A DNA stretch of 64,000 nt, from IMG/VR virus record IMGVR_UViG_3300035093_000027; one strand, given 5' to 3'. Shown here in pieces: positions 18,688-28,237 of this stretch. This DNA comes from an uncultured virus (IMG/VR IMGVR_UViG_3300035093_000027) (lineage: Duplodnaviria > Heunggongvirae > Uroviricota > Caudoviricetes). The translations under genes and the position numbers were made by a program. Every line of letters starts with the position of its first letter. Position 1 is the first letter of the stretch. The notes under the pieces were generated by a model that did not search any database, was not told the DNA's origin, and was given only the letters and a program-made list of their open reading frames with translations.

Positions 18688-19403
18688 CACGTTCCTTCCG
18701 ATCCGCCGAGATCTGCCTCGACGACGCAGTCGCGGATGAACTCGATCCGCTGGCCCCGCTGCAGCCCATGGATCTCGGGATGCATGGTCTCGTAGGCGAC
18801 CTCGCCGATCAGAGCCTGGCCGCCTTTGCTCGGCTCGACGACCGTCGCCCAGATGAGCTCGACCGGCGTGTCGTTCTTGGCGACCACGAGTGCAGCGCGA
18901 TCTCCGGGACGCAGCGCCTCCGCGCGAGGATCGGGCGCGGTCGGCAGACCGAGGCTCGCGGGAATGGACAGAAGCCGCGGCCCGCACAGCAGGAGCGCGC
19001 GTCCGCCGAGCGGACGATAGCGATCCCACACGCAGGCCGCGTCGGCCACGACGTGTTGCCCGAGCTCGAAGCCGTGCTTCTCGGTCTGCAGCGGCTTGGG
19101 ATCGGTGTTCGATCCGACTTGGCTGTTGAGCTCGACCTTGATCCCCGAGCCGAGCCCGAACCAGGTGCGCCCGAGCACACGGCCCCACGTCGCCTCGGAG
19201 AACGAGTGATCGACCGCGCCGAGCTGCAGCGCGACGTAGTCGCCCTCCTCGATCTGCTTGGCACCGTACAAGGGCGCCGCCGGGCACAGCAACTCGCCCT
19301 TGCGATCTTCACGCAAGAGCAGGTAGCCAGCGGTCACACCCACCGCGGCCAAGCCGGTGGCGCCAGCGGCGAGGGTCACCTTCCGTCGACGGTCGAGCGG
19401 CAC
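18687..19403 (-). CDS. Membrane-anchored protein with two DUF2314-like repeats
   Basis: EATWGRV..HGFELGQ and ELIWATV..HGLQRGQRIEF. Confidence 0.5.
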   Translation of the reverse strand: MPLDRRRKVTLAAGATGLAAVGVTAGYLLLREDRKGELLCPAAPLYGAKQIEEGDYVALQLGAVDHSFSEATWGRVLGRTWFGLGSGIKVELNSQVGSNTDPKPLQTEKHGFELGQHVVADAACVWDRYRPLGGRALLLCGPRLLSIPASLGLPTAPDPRAEALRPGDRAALVVAKNDTPVELIWATVVEPSKGGQALIGEVAYETMHPEIHGLQRGQRIEFIRDCVVEADLGGSEGT

Positions 19404-19653
19404 GGCGGGACCCTACCACCGGTTTCGCTCGAGGGCTGGATCACCTCTACGGGCTCGTCTGACGCGTAGGAGTCGCGGGGCGGCTTGCCGCGCGGCCCAC
19501 GACCACACGCGGCGCACCGGTGCGTGGTGACGTTGTGTCCACTCTCGTTGATCCCGCCGGGGACGTAGAACCAGCCCTTGGGCAGACCGGATCCGTGCAC
19601 CTCGACTGCGCGCTGACACCCGTCGCAGGTCCACCGCCAGATCCGCGCGAAGC

Positions 19654-20079
19654 TCACGTGAACTTCGCTGCGTCGGGGGCCGCGATCGTGACGACCATGA
19701 TGTCGACGACGGGCTCGCCATCCGCTCGGCGCAGCCTCATCTCGAGCGGGAAGAGCCATGACACCAGACCCAGATCGAAAGTCGCATAGCTTCGTGGAAC
19801 GCACCATCGAGCGATGTCGAACGGTACGCTCACGCGCTCTCTCATGTCGGCGACGATCGACTCAACCATCACGATGGTGTCGATCGGATCGATGAACGCT
19901 CGCACGCCCATCACGTGCTCGATGCCATTGGGCGTCACACAGAGGCTGACTTGGCGAGATCGCATCCGGATACGGATCGCGTGGATCGAGTAGTCGTAGT
20001 CCAGTATGCGTACGACCGGTGGCGCGTCCTCGACGAGCTCGGTTCGCAGCCGCGCAACCGCTTCGTCCACGTCCGACAC
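19654..20079 (-). CDS. Hypothetical protein
   Basis: ORF in minus-strand operon. Confidence 0.45.
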   Translation of the reverse strand: MSDVDEAVARLRTELVEDAPPVVRILDYDYSIHAIRIRMRSRQVSLCVTPNGIEHVMGVRAFIDPIDTIVMVESIVADMRERVSVPFDIARWCVPRSYATFDLGLVSWLFPLEMRLRRADGEPVVDIMVVTIAAPDAAKFT

Positions 20080-20083
20080 GTGA

Positions 20084-20236
20084 TCACGTCCGTCGCTTCG
20101 CGTTCTTCCGGATCTTGTTGAGCATGTACACGACGCCGATCTTCGCACCGATCCCGACGCCGACCAGCACGCCGATGATGGCCCACGCTGTCTTGGACGG
20201 GTTGGGCTTGTCGGGGTTGGTGGGGATCCGCTTCAC
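20084..20236 (-). CDS. Small NP-motif membrane protein
   Basis: (M)KRIPTNPDKPNPSK + TM + basic tail. Confidence 0.6.
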   Translation of the reverse strand: MKRIPTNPDKPNPSKTAWAIIGVLVGVGIGAKIGVVYMLNKIRKNAKRRT

Positions 20237-20265
20237 GGCCGCCTCATGTCCGGACCCTAACAGCG

Positions 20266-20502
20266 TTAGCAGCCTTCTGCACCCCAGCGCCGCTGGCCCA
20301 GCCGGTAGGCCTCGAGAACCGTAATCCCGAAGTCGGTGAGCGCGAAAGGCGGCACCTGCTCGGGCGTTCGGACGGCGAAACGGTTCTGGACGAGCGAATC
20401 CAGCACGACCTTCGCGGGCGCACGCGGGCGCGGATGCGTCACTCGTCGCTCGCACTGCGCGACGTATTCGATCGCGCGCATCATCGCCGGCGTCAGCGTC
20501 AT
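20266..20502 (-). CDS. Small winged-HTH-like protein
   Basis: LTPAMMRAI...FALTDFGITVL. Confidence 0.5.
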   Translation of the reverse strand: MTLTPAMMRAIEYVAQCERRVTHPRPRAPAKVVLDSLVQNRFAVRTPEQVPPFALTDFGITVLEAYRLGQRRWGAEGC

Positions 20503-22040
20503 GGTGGTGTCCTGTCGCCGTTTCCGTTGGAAGGCGCGCTGGGCTTACGCGGCGGAAGTTCGCCGAAGGTCTCGCGGTACTGCTGCGTCACCCAGCCGGG
20601 CTTGAAGGACTTCTGCTCGCGCACGCCCTCGAGCCGTGCGAGCTCGGCGGCCTTGCGGTCGGCGCTGGCCATGCGTGCGGCTACGCGGTCAGGCTGGTAG
20701 GTGGTCTGTCCGCACGCGCGGCACTTCACGCGGATCCGCAGATCGTTGAAGGGCTCGAGGGTCACGGAGTCGGATCCACATGTACACAGCACCGGCGCCA
20801 TGTCGCGTGGTTTGAACTCCACAAGTTCGCCATCGACCTCGATTGGCGCGCGAACGAAGATCTGCTCCTGGACTCCGAAGCACGTCGGACAGCGCCACAC
20901 GTTCGCGGGGCGCACGGTGCTACACGTCTCGCACGTGAGCACCTTCGATCCGGACTCTTCCGGTTTCCCATCTCGCTCCTTACGGCCCTCCAAGCTCCAC
21001 TGTCGTGGCGTCGCAGGAAGTCCGTGGCGATGCACGCATCCCGCGTGGTCGAGCACGATCGCGTAGGTTTGATCTTCCCACGGTCTCATCACGCGGCCGA
21101 TCTGCTGGAGGTACCGGATGATGGACAGCGTCGGACGTCCGAGGATCACGCAGCCGAGGCTCGGGAGATCGTAGCCTTCAACCAACAAGTCGCACTGGCA
21201 AACGATGAGCGTTTCGCCACTCGCGAGACGGCCCAGGACAGCATCGCGAAGCGATGTGTTCGTGTCTCCGTCGAGATGCTCTGCTGCGATCCCTCGAGCG
21301 ACGAACTCGGACGCCATGTTGCGGCTGTCCTCGACGTTGGCGCCGAAGTAGATCGTCCTGCGGCGCTCTCCGAATAGTTCCCAGTGCCTCGGGATCTCAC
21401 CGACGCGTGTCACGTCGCCGCGCAACCGTTCGCCGAGCGCCTTCTGGTTGTAGTCGCCCCCTGATCGTGGCAGCCCCTTCAGATCGGGTTGCGCGGGTGC
21501 GTAGACCTTCAGCGGCAGCAGGTAGCCCATCTCCGTCAACTCGGCGATGCTCGGCGCGCAGATCATGTCGTCGAACATGTCGCAGAGTCCCTGGCCGTCG
21601 GTGCGTTCAGGCGTCGCCGACAGACCGATCAGAACAGCGTCTGGATACGCCGCAACGATGTCGCGGTAGGACTTCGCGTTGGCGCGATGCGCCTCATCGA
21701 TCACGATGACATCGGCGGGTGGCTTGTCGCGGCGCGCGAGCGTCTGCACCGATGCAACCTGGACCATCGCGTCGTACCGCGCGCGGTAGTCGTCGCCCAT
21801 GATGACGCCGGGTGTCAGCCCGCAAGACACCAGCGTCTTGAACATCTGATCGATGAGCTCCTTGCGGTGCGCGAGCACGAGTACGCGCTTGCCCTTCTGC
21901 ACCGCAGAGAGGATCAGGGACGCCACCAGGACCGTTTTTCCGGATCCTGTCGCGGCCTGGATCAGGAGCCGCTTCACGCCATGACGCACAGCGTCGCGGG
22001 CACGATCGGTGACGTCGAGTTGGTACTGGCGAAGCTTCAC
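20499..22040 (-). CDS. SF2 DEAD/DEAH helicase (RadD/YejH-like) with C-terminal Zn fingers
   Basis: LRQYQ, ATGSGKT, DEAH, SATP, EGYDLP, QQIGRVMR; CxxC pairs. Confidence 0.92.
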   Translation of the reverse strand: MKLRQYQLDVTDRARDAVRHGVKRLLIQAATGSGKTVLVASLILSAVQKGKRVLVLAHRKELIDQMFKTLVSCGLTPGVIMGDDYRARYDAMVQVASVQTLARRDKPPADVIVIDEAHRANAKSYRDIVAAYPDAVLIGLSATPERTDGQGLCDMFDDMICAPSIAELTEMGYLLPLKVYAPAQPDLKGLPRSGGDYNQKALGERLRGDVTRVGEIPRHWELFGERRRTIYFGANVEDSRNMASEFVARGIAAEHLDGDTNTSLRDAVLGRLASGETLIVCQCDLLVEGYDLPSLGCVILGRPTLSIIRYLQQIGRVMRPWEDQTYAIVLDHAGCVHRHGLPATPRQWSLEGRKERDGKPEESGSKVLTCETCSTVRPANVWRCPTCFGVQEQIFVRAPIEVDGELVEFKPRDMAPVLCTCGSDSVTLEPFNDLRIRVKCRACGQTTYQPDRVAARMASADRKAAELARLEGVREQKSFKPGWVTQQYRETFGELPPRKPSAPSNGNGDRTPP

Positions 22041-22477
22041 TGCTCGCCGCCTGTGGCGAGCGACGGCGTGGGGGTCTCGTCGCGGTAGCAACCCAGCAAG
22101 CGCGCGGCGATGTTCTCGGCCACGGTGTCGTCGCCGAGTGAGTTGAGCAGCTCCACGCATCGCGCGAAGGTCTCGGACTTGCGTGGGGGCTCCTCCCTGG
22201 GGGCGGCCTTCTCCGACGGAGGCGAACACCCTCCGCCGTGCTCGCCCCCCGGTTCACCGCAGTCCGAGCAGGGCTTCGGCGGGGCGCCCTGCCCTGCATC
22301 CATCGACGGGCGCTTAGCTGTGTCGAATAGGTCACGCGACTTGGGGGCGGCCTGCGCTACGGGGGCCTGGAGAGCGTCGATGGCCTCCCGTACGGAGCGT
22401 TCGTATTCGTGGATCCGCGTCGTGCTCCGTTGCGTCTTGCGCAGCAACTCGAGCGCCTTTTTCACGTCGGGCATCAC
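22037..22477 (-). CDS. Hypothetical protein
   Basis: Coupled ORF, CxxC...H..C. Confidence 0.5.
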   Translation of the reverse strand: MMPDVKKALELLRKTQRSTTRIHEYERSVREAIDALQAPVAQAAPKSRDLFDTAKRPSMDAGQGAPPKPCSDCGEPGGEHGGGCSPPSEKAAPREEPPRKSETFARCVELLNSLGDDTVAENIAARLLGCYRDETPTPSLATGGEQ

Positions 22478-23226
22478 GTCCTCTTCATAGCCCGCAAGGC
22501 TACGTGCAGGGTGTCGGCGGCCATGTCGGCGCGCGCAGTGATCTCCTTCTGGGCGTTCGACCCCACCGATCGAAGCCGCCGCACGACCGCAGCGATCACC
22601 TTGTCGAAGTGGTCATCGCGGATCTGCGCAGCCGCTTCCGCGATCGACACAAGCTGGATGTCGCAGAACGTCTGGCCGTTGCCCTCGCGGTGCGTGTCGA
22701 GCTCTCCGCCGTGCTCCATCGCCGCGATCCGTGCGGTGACACGCTCGCTCTCGGCGTCGTCGGGCGGCAGCGCGACCAGCCACCAGCTTCGGCCCGACAC
22801 GATCACGCGTCCGGGCCCCGAAGGCGCCTTGCGCATGCCGTCGAGCAGCTCGAAGCCCCGCAATAGAGGATGGTCGGTGCGCTGGCCGTGCCGGCCGGGC
22901 TCGTTCCACGTCTCGGTCGGCACGGGCCCGAGCAGCGCGGGCAACGACGGCTGGATGATCTCGAGCAGCGAGCGGAGCACCGACTCGCGGGCGCCGACGC
23001 TGCGCTCGACGGCTTCGCGGCACTCCTCGCGCCGATCCTCGGACTGCAGCACCAGTCGCTCGAGATACGTCGAGGGCGAGCCGAGTTCGCGCAAGTAGTG
23101 CTCGACGATCTGGTACAGCAGGTTCTTGAGGTCGCCCTTGTCGAAGGCGGCGATCGCCTCCAACTCACGCTTGCGCTCGACGGCATGCTCGAGGTCGGGC
23201 AAGAGCACGTGGATCGGTAGCGTCAC
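22474..23226 (-). CDS. Hypothetical protein
   Basis: Coupled ORF. Confidence 0.55.
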   Translation of the reverse strand: MTLPIHVLLPDLEHAVERKRELEAIAAFDKGDLKNLLYQIVEHYLRELGSPSTYLERLVLQSEDRREECREAVERSVGARESVLRSLLEIIQPSLPALLGPVPTETWNEPGRHGQRTDHPLLRGFELLDGMRKAPSGPGRVIVSGRSWWLVALPPDDAESERVTARIAAMEHGGELDTHREGNGQTFCDIQLVSIAEAAAQIRDDHFDKVIAAVVRRLRSVGSNAQKEITARADMAADTLHVALRAMKRT

Positions 23227-23672
23227 GTCGGCTCCGCCTTCAGATCCTCGAGCGTGACGGGCAGCCACGTCGACGTGTCGTGGAAGATCCACTGGACGTC
23301 TTCGCCATCGTTGTGGCTACGGATCCATGAGATGGTGCGCACCAAGCATCCACGATCGGATGCCTGCATCGCGACGGTCAGCGACTGCAGCGTCGAGTTG
23401 ATCTCGTGCCACAGACGACCGGTGCTGTGATCGGGACCGAGCATGTAGCGGAGCCCATCGCGCTGATCCTCGTAGGACTCGATGTCTTCCGTATCGAATC
23501 CCTCCTCGTTGAACCCGTCGTCGTCGTCCTCCTCGTCGTCGTCCTCGTCCTCGTCCTCGAGGACGTCGCCCTTGAGGATCTCGACGGGTTGCTCAGCGGA
23601 CTCGGGCTCACCGATGACAGGATCGTAGTGCTTGGTCACGTTCACTCCGTTCATGCGCGACTGCGCGGTCAC
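23223..23672 (-). CDS. Acidic hypothetical protein
   Basis: D/E tract EDEDEDDDEEDDDD. Confidence 0.6.
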   Translation of the reverse strand: MTAQSRMNGVNVTKHYDPVIGEPESAEQPVEILKGDVLEDEDEDDDEEDDDDGFNEEGFDTEDIESYEDQRDGLRYMLGPDHSTGRLWHEINSTLQSLTVAMQASDRGCLVRTISWIRSHNDGEDVQWIFHDTSTWLPVTLEDLKAEPT

Positions 23673-24133
23673 GATCTCGTCGACCGTGCCGCGCGTTCAT
23701 GTCGCGGTTGCTCGTCCTTTACGCCGCGTTGCACCTCTTGTCGAGCATGGACGAGAGGGTACGCAGCAGCTTGATCCCTTCCGCGAGCGACGATGCGATG
23801 CCGCACGTGCGCCGGACCTGGATCTGCCACGTCGTGTCGCTGATCTTCTCGATGGTGCCGAGCGTGCGTCCGCCGCTACGGACGGTGATCTTGCCGGCGT
23901 TCATCGAGCACCCAGCGGCGCGATCCATGCGGACACGCGATGCTCGTCGGCGGTGGCGATCGTCCAGCGTCCGAGCGCGGTCGCACTCTCGTGCAGGGTG
24001 GGCCCGAAGCCTTGGAGGTCGGCGACGTAGCGCGCGGCATCGAGGGCATGCGTGCAGTGGTCGACGACGCACGCGTTCACGGGGTGCTCGATCGCGTCAT
24101 CGATCGCGACGAGGTAGACGCGCGTCGCTCGGT

Positions 24134-24415
24134 TCACGACGCACCGCCTTCCGCCAGCACGCGAGCGACGGCGCGGCCGAGGTCGGTAACGGACGTCGAT
24201 GCGTCGACGAGGAGCCCGTGGGCGCGGAGTGCGATGCAGTCCGTGTCGAAGGTCGCGAGCATGGAGCCGCGACGGATGCAGCAGAGCTCCAGCGCGTACC
24301 CTTGCGACTTGGTCAGCCCCGCCGCGACCTCGCGAGCGCGTGCGTCGAGGTCGAGAGGATCGCGACCCGTGGGAGTTGTGGCGCCGGGGCCTCTGTTGGC
24401 CTTGGTCTTCGTCAT
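24134..24415 (-). CDS. Small winged-HTH-like early protein
   Basis: Follows repeated leader; ends VTDLGRAVAR, similar to 24883-25221. Confidence 0.6.
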   Translation of the reverse strand: MTKTKANRGPGATTPTGRDPLDLDARAREVAAGLTKSQGYALELCCIRRGSMLATFDTDCIALRAHGLLVDASTSVTDLGRAVARVLAEGGAS

Positions 24416-24649
24416 CCGGAATGTCCGCAGCTCCTCGCCGCGTCCTTTCAAGCGTCAGACGACTGTCCGACCCTGCGCATTCCACCCCGCCCGCCTCGAG
24501 CGCATGCGGAGCTTGCCAGCGCCAACCGAGCATGGCACGCTCCGGATCCGCTCGTCAACCCGAGCGCATGCGGAGCTGGAATGCCAGCGACGCACGGCTC
24601 GTCTGAGCCAAAGACAGGACGCGGCGAGGAGCTGCGGACAACGAAGATG
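24413..24649. promoter_or_regulatory. Divergent promoter region with two copies of the repeated cassette
   Basis: Minus copy GGAAT-N17-CGTC + GGACGCGGCGAGGAGCTGCGGACA before ATG 24415; plus copy before ATG 24647; GAGCGCATGCGGAGCT at 24498 and 24562. Confidence 0.8.
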
Positions 24650-24886
24650 AAGGCGAAGAACCGCGCAGGCGTTGAGGTCGAAGTGCATGAGGGCGCGAAG
24701 GTGCGTCCCAGCGGTGCAACCAAGAGCGGGATCTCGTACGGATACGTGCGCAAGATCGTGCAGTACCCCAACGATCCTCGCGAGCACGGCCGCGAGCAGG
24801 CGATCGTGTACTGGCCGCAGGGCCGTACGCTCGGCGGCGGCTGGACCAGCATCGATCTGGTGGTGCTCGACGGAGGTGCGTCGTGA
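24647..24886 (+). CDS. Small SH3-like hypothetical early protein
   Basis: Follows repeated leader; beta-rich pattern. Confidence 0.6.
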   Translation: MKAKNRAGVEVEVHEGAKVRPSGATKSGISYGYVRKIVQYPNDPREHGREQAIVYWPQGRTLGGGWTSIDLVVLDGGAS

Positions 24887-25221
24887 ACGAGGCCGACACG
24901 GACGCGCGGGCACGCATGCTGTCGAAGCCGTGGCATGAGCGCTGCGGGGAGCACCACGGTGCGGGCGAGTTGTGTCCTGCTGACGTGCGCGAGATCGCCG
25001 CTGGACTCGACGCATGGGAGCGAGAGACGCTCGCGCGAACCCACGAGTACCTTCTGCACACGAGTTGGGGAAGCGAACTTGCACCGCTGGACCGCTACGA
25101 CCGCACGGAGCGCTTGTTCGCCCTTGGTCTCGTAGCCGAGGCGATTCGCGGATGGGCGCGACTGACCAACCTCGGCCGCGCGGTTGCTCGCGGGCGGGCA
25201 GAGGGGACGGTTGGCAAGTGA
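24883..25221 (+). CDS. Small winged-HTH-like protein
   Basis: GGAGG RBS; AREIAAGL..LTNLGRAVAR. Confidence 0.6.
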   Translation: MNEADTDARARMLSKPWHERCGEHHGAGELCPADVREIAAGLDAWERETLARTHEYLLHTSWGSELAPLDRYDRTERLFALGLVAEAIRGWARLTNLGRAVARGRAEGTVGK

Positions 25222-26934
25222 AGAAGTACCGGTACATGCTGCGCTACTTCCACGTGTCGACCATGTCGTGGACGGGCGGCCGGTGCTACGCCGAACTCGG
25301 CGGAGCAGCCGACGACTACGTCAAGATCGCGAAGGACTTCGGCACGTCGGTGTCGTGCGTCGAGATCTACGACCACGCGCAACGACGGCCCGGCGAGAAC
25401 CTCTACGCGCCGCAGCACCTGCTGTTTGTCGACGAGTGGGCCGACGACATCCGGCAGCAGATCGCGAACTCCGCTCGGCATCGCGTCGAGCGGGCGCTCG
25501 CGGTGTTCTTGGCCGTCGGAGGTGCAGCGTGAAGGATCTCCTTCTATGTCTGGCTGCCGCGTTCGTCGTGAGCCTGGGCCTGCTCGGCGCGCGTGTGCTC
25601 GGGGAGTGGTGGCACGGCTTCGCGGTGGGCGCAACGCTCTCTCTCGCCGCCACCGGACTACTCGTGCGGGATCGGGGTGCAACGTGAACGGGGCGACGCG
25701 CGAGACCTGCTCGGTGTGCGGGCTGCTGCTGCGCTGCCACGAGGACTCCTGCCCTCGCTGCGCCCGCCAGGCGCTCGCGAAGCGTCTCGAGGCTCACGGC
25801 TTCGAGCACGACGACACCGGTGGCAACTGCACGGCGTACGTGCGCCGGCGCGGCGACGTCGAGATCATGATCACGGTCGAGAGTACCAACGACGCGCCCA
25901 TATCCGATAACCACGACGTGATGGTCGGAGAGTACCGCGGCGATCAGATGACCCACGAGTGGCACGGCAACCTCGGCGACTACCTCATGGTGCTCGACGT
26001 GGTCGAGGCGCGCTTCGGTCGCGCGGAGGGAGCCGTCCAGCGATGAGCTACGTCATCGTGTGGCGCAAGAGGGGCAAGTTCGTCGCGCAGCTCGGCACGC
26101 TGCCGTCGTACACGAACAGCCTGGAGTACGCGCATCGCTTCGACACGCGCGAGGAGGCTGACGTGGTCCGGTGCCCGGAGTCCGAGGTGGTGCTCACCAT
26201 GCAAGAGGCCGAGGTGATCGCAGCCTCGAAGGGAGTCCGGTGATGTCTCGACGCACAGGACAGCTCGGCAACGACGACTACGGCGAGACCGCCGACGAGA
26301 CACGCGAGCGCCCGAGCTCCGCTCTCGATCCCGCGGAGATCTGGGCGAAACTCGTCATCGACAAGATCGCGCTCAAGCGATTGCGGGCGATCCTCGCCAG
26401 CGGCGCGCGCGCGGATGAGCCGCTCGTGTACGAGGTGCGCGCGCCTGCAGGCAGTCGCCACCTGCTGAAGTGGGGATGCATCGAGATCCGCAACGTCGAC
26501 GGGCGCGTGCACGTGTGGCCGCTACCGTTCGCGAGCCGCGTGCTCGAGGAGCCCAAGGCATGAAGATCCGCGACGCCGTCGGCGACGTGATCGCCGAGGT
26601 CGCGACCACGCCAGACGAGGACACATTCCTCATCACATCCACGATGCTCATCGGCATGACTATGGGGTCCGACGCTGCGGTCATCACCTGGATGCGGATC
26701 GTCCGCAAGATCTACGAGGCGGGTCTCGCCAAGGGGCGGGCCTACGATCCGCGCGCCGGGCCGCCGAGCGATCCGATGGGCCTCGTCGGTCCGAGCGACG
26801 CCGAGACGATCGGATACCCGTGGTGTCCGTGGTGTCCGTGGTGCCGCGAGCGCGCGCACTTCGGCGCGTGTCCCGACGTGAGCAACGACGCTCTCGCGCG
26901 GCGGATCCGCAGGGCGAAGCCGGAGGATTCGTGA
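25218..26934 (+). CDS. Run of six coupled small hypothetical ORFs (25218-25532, 25529-25687, 25684-26046, 26043-26243, 26243-26563, 26560-26934)
   Basis: Consecutive stop/start overlaps, some with RBS. Confidence 0.55.
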
Positions 26935-26947
26935 TGAGGGGCCATGT

Positions 26948-28237
26948 ATGATCACGATCGGATCTCTCTTCTCGGGTGCCTGCGACGGCATCGCGCTCGG
27001 CCTCGAGTGGGCCGGGCTCGGGCCGGTGCTTTGGCACGCCGAGCTCGACCCGTGGCGGCGCCGCGTGCTCGCGCGGCACTGGCCCGACGCGATCCTCTAC
27101 GAGGATGTTCGGCAGATCACGGATGCCACTCCCGCGGTTGATCTGCTGTGTGGAGGATTCCCTTGTACCAACGTCAGCATCATGGGCAACAAGGCCGGTC
27201 TTGACGGTGATGAGAGCGGCCTCTGGTCGGAGATGCTCCGTGTCATCCAACAAGTTCAACCATCCATCGTCTTCATCGAAAACGTCTCCAGTCTCATCTC
27301 CGCGAGCGGAGGAGATCTTCGCTGCGTATGCGGCTGGAATCGTGGACGGAGAGGGCTGCGTCCACATCACGAAGAAATCCCCGTCGAACGGAAAGCCGAC
27401 CTATTCGATGCTTGTCGAGGTCGGCATGAGCGAGAGCGGCCTTCCGATCCTTCAAGAGTTGCATCGGGTGTACGGCGGCATCTTGTTCCCCGGACGAGCG
27501 GCGACGTTGACTCACAAGCCGATCCACACGTGGCGTATTTGCTCGGACGAAGCCGTAGCCTTCCTCCAGTCTGTTCGTCCCTACCTGATCATCAAGGCGA
27601 CGCAGGCAGATGTACTGTTGGAGTTCCAGCAGATGCGTCTCGGATCGCACTACTGGACGATGGCGATGCGAGAATCAGCAGAGCGCATGAAGCAGGAGAT
27701 CCATCGTCTGAATCGTCGCGGTCCGCGACAAAAAGAGCCACCGCCGAGCATCCAGAAACGGGAGATTGCGAGGTTTGTGGATGGCCGCTGGGTGGCGCCC
27801 CAAGGTTCGCTGTTTCCCGGACAGCCCTTGGACGAGTTCTCGGGGATCTTTCCGCGTTCGGGTTCGATGCGAGCTGGTGTTGTTTACGAGGTACCGATGT
27901 CGGCTATCCAGTCGAGCGCGAGAGGATCTTCGTTATGGCCTGCGCCCACGAAGGCGGATGCGAGAAGCTCCGGGAGGCACACGACCTCGACGGGCGTTAT
28001 GCACCATGGGACATCGCTCACAGACGCGGTGCGTGCCGTCCTCCGCCAGGACCCCGAGATGGCGCCGCACTGCGAACCTGGTCTGCCGACTACCGTGGTC
28101 ATCAATCCGGAGTTCGTAGAAGCTCTTCTTGGCTTTCCGATCGGGTGGAGCGCGTTGGATCCCTCGGAGACAGTGCCATGCCCGTCCTCGTCCTCGAAGC
28201 CTTCCGACGACTCCGAGACAGGATGATCGCTGCATGA
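26948..28237 (+). CDS. C5 cytosine DNA methyltransferase, alpha-type chain with large insertion
   Basis: SLFSGACDG (I), GGFPC (IV), IENV (VI), RERIF (VIII), SLGDSAMP (X-like); about 170 aa insert after ENV. Confidence 0.85.
   Translation: MITIGSLFSGACDGIALGLEWAGLGPVLWHAELDPWRRRVLARHWPDAILYEDVRQITDATPAVDLLCGGFPCTNVSIMGNKAGLDGDESGLWSEMLRVIQQVQPSIVFIENVSSLISASGGDLRCVCGWNRGRRGLRPHHEEIPVERKADLFDACRGRHERERPSDPSRVASGVRRHLVPRTSGDVDSQADPHVAYLLGRSRSLPPVCSSLPDHQGDAGRCTVGVPADASRIALLDDGDARISRAHEAGDPSSESSRSATKRATAEHPETGDCEVCGWPLGGAPRFAVSRTALGRVLGDLSAFGFDASWCCLRGTDVGYPVERERIFVMACAHEGGCEKLREAHDLDGRYAPWDIAHRRGACRPPPGPRDGAALRTWSADYRGHQSGVRRSSSWLSDRVERVGSLGDSAMPVLVLEAFRRLRDRMIAA
27210..28226 (+). CDS. Overlapping +1-frame ORF: LAGLIDADG endonuclease fused to MTase beta-type chain
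   Basis: AYAAGIVDGEGCV, FLQSVRPYLIIK, then FPRSGSMRAG, WPAP, INPEFVEALLGFPIGWS; start uncertain. Confidence 0.8.
   Translation: MRAASGRRCSVSSNKFNHPSSSSKTSPVSSPRAEEIFAAYAAGIVDGEGCVHITKKSPSNGKPTYSMLVEVGMSESGLPILQELHRVYGGILFPGRAATLTHKPIHTWRICSDEAVAFLQSVRPYLIIKATQADVLLEFQQMRLGSHYWTMAMRESAERMKQEIHRLNRRGPRQKEPPPSIQKREIARFVDGRWVAPQGSLFPGQPLDEFSGIFPRSGSMRAGVVYEVPMSAIQSSARGSSLWPAPTKADARSSGRHTTSTGVMHHGTSLTDAVRAVLRQDPEMAPHCEPGLPTTVVINPEFVEALLGFPIGWSALDPSETVPCPSSSSKPSDDSETG

Noticed and set aside
26818..26844. 9-bp tandem repeat CCGTGGTG(T/C) x3 (PWC x3)
   Set aside because: Short in-frame slippage repeat with no further support
27300..27800. Intein or group I intron explanation for the LAGLIDADG insert
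   Set aside because: No Hint-type N-terminus or His-Asn/Cys-Ser-Thr C-terminus in either frame and little room for a ribozyme core; not fully excluded without RT-PCR
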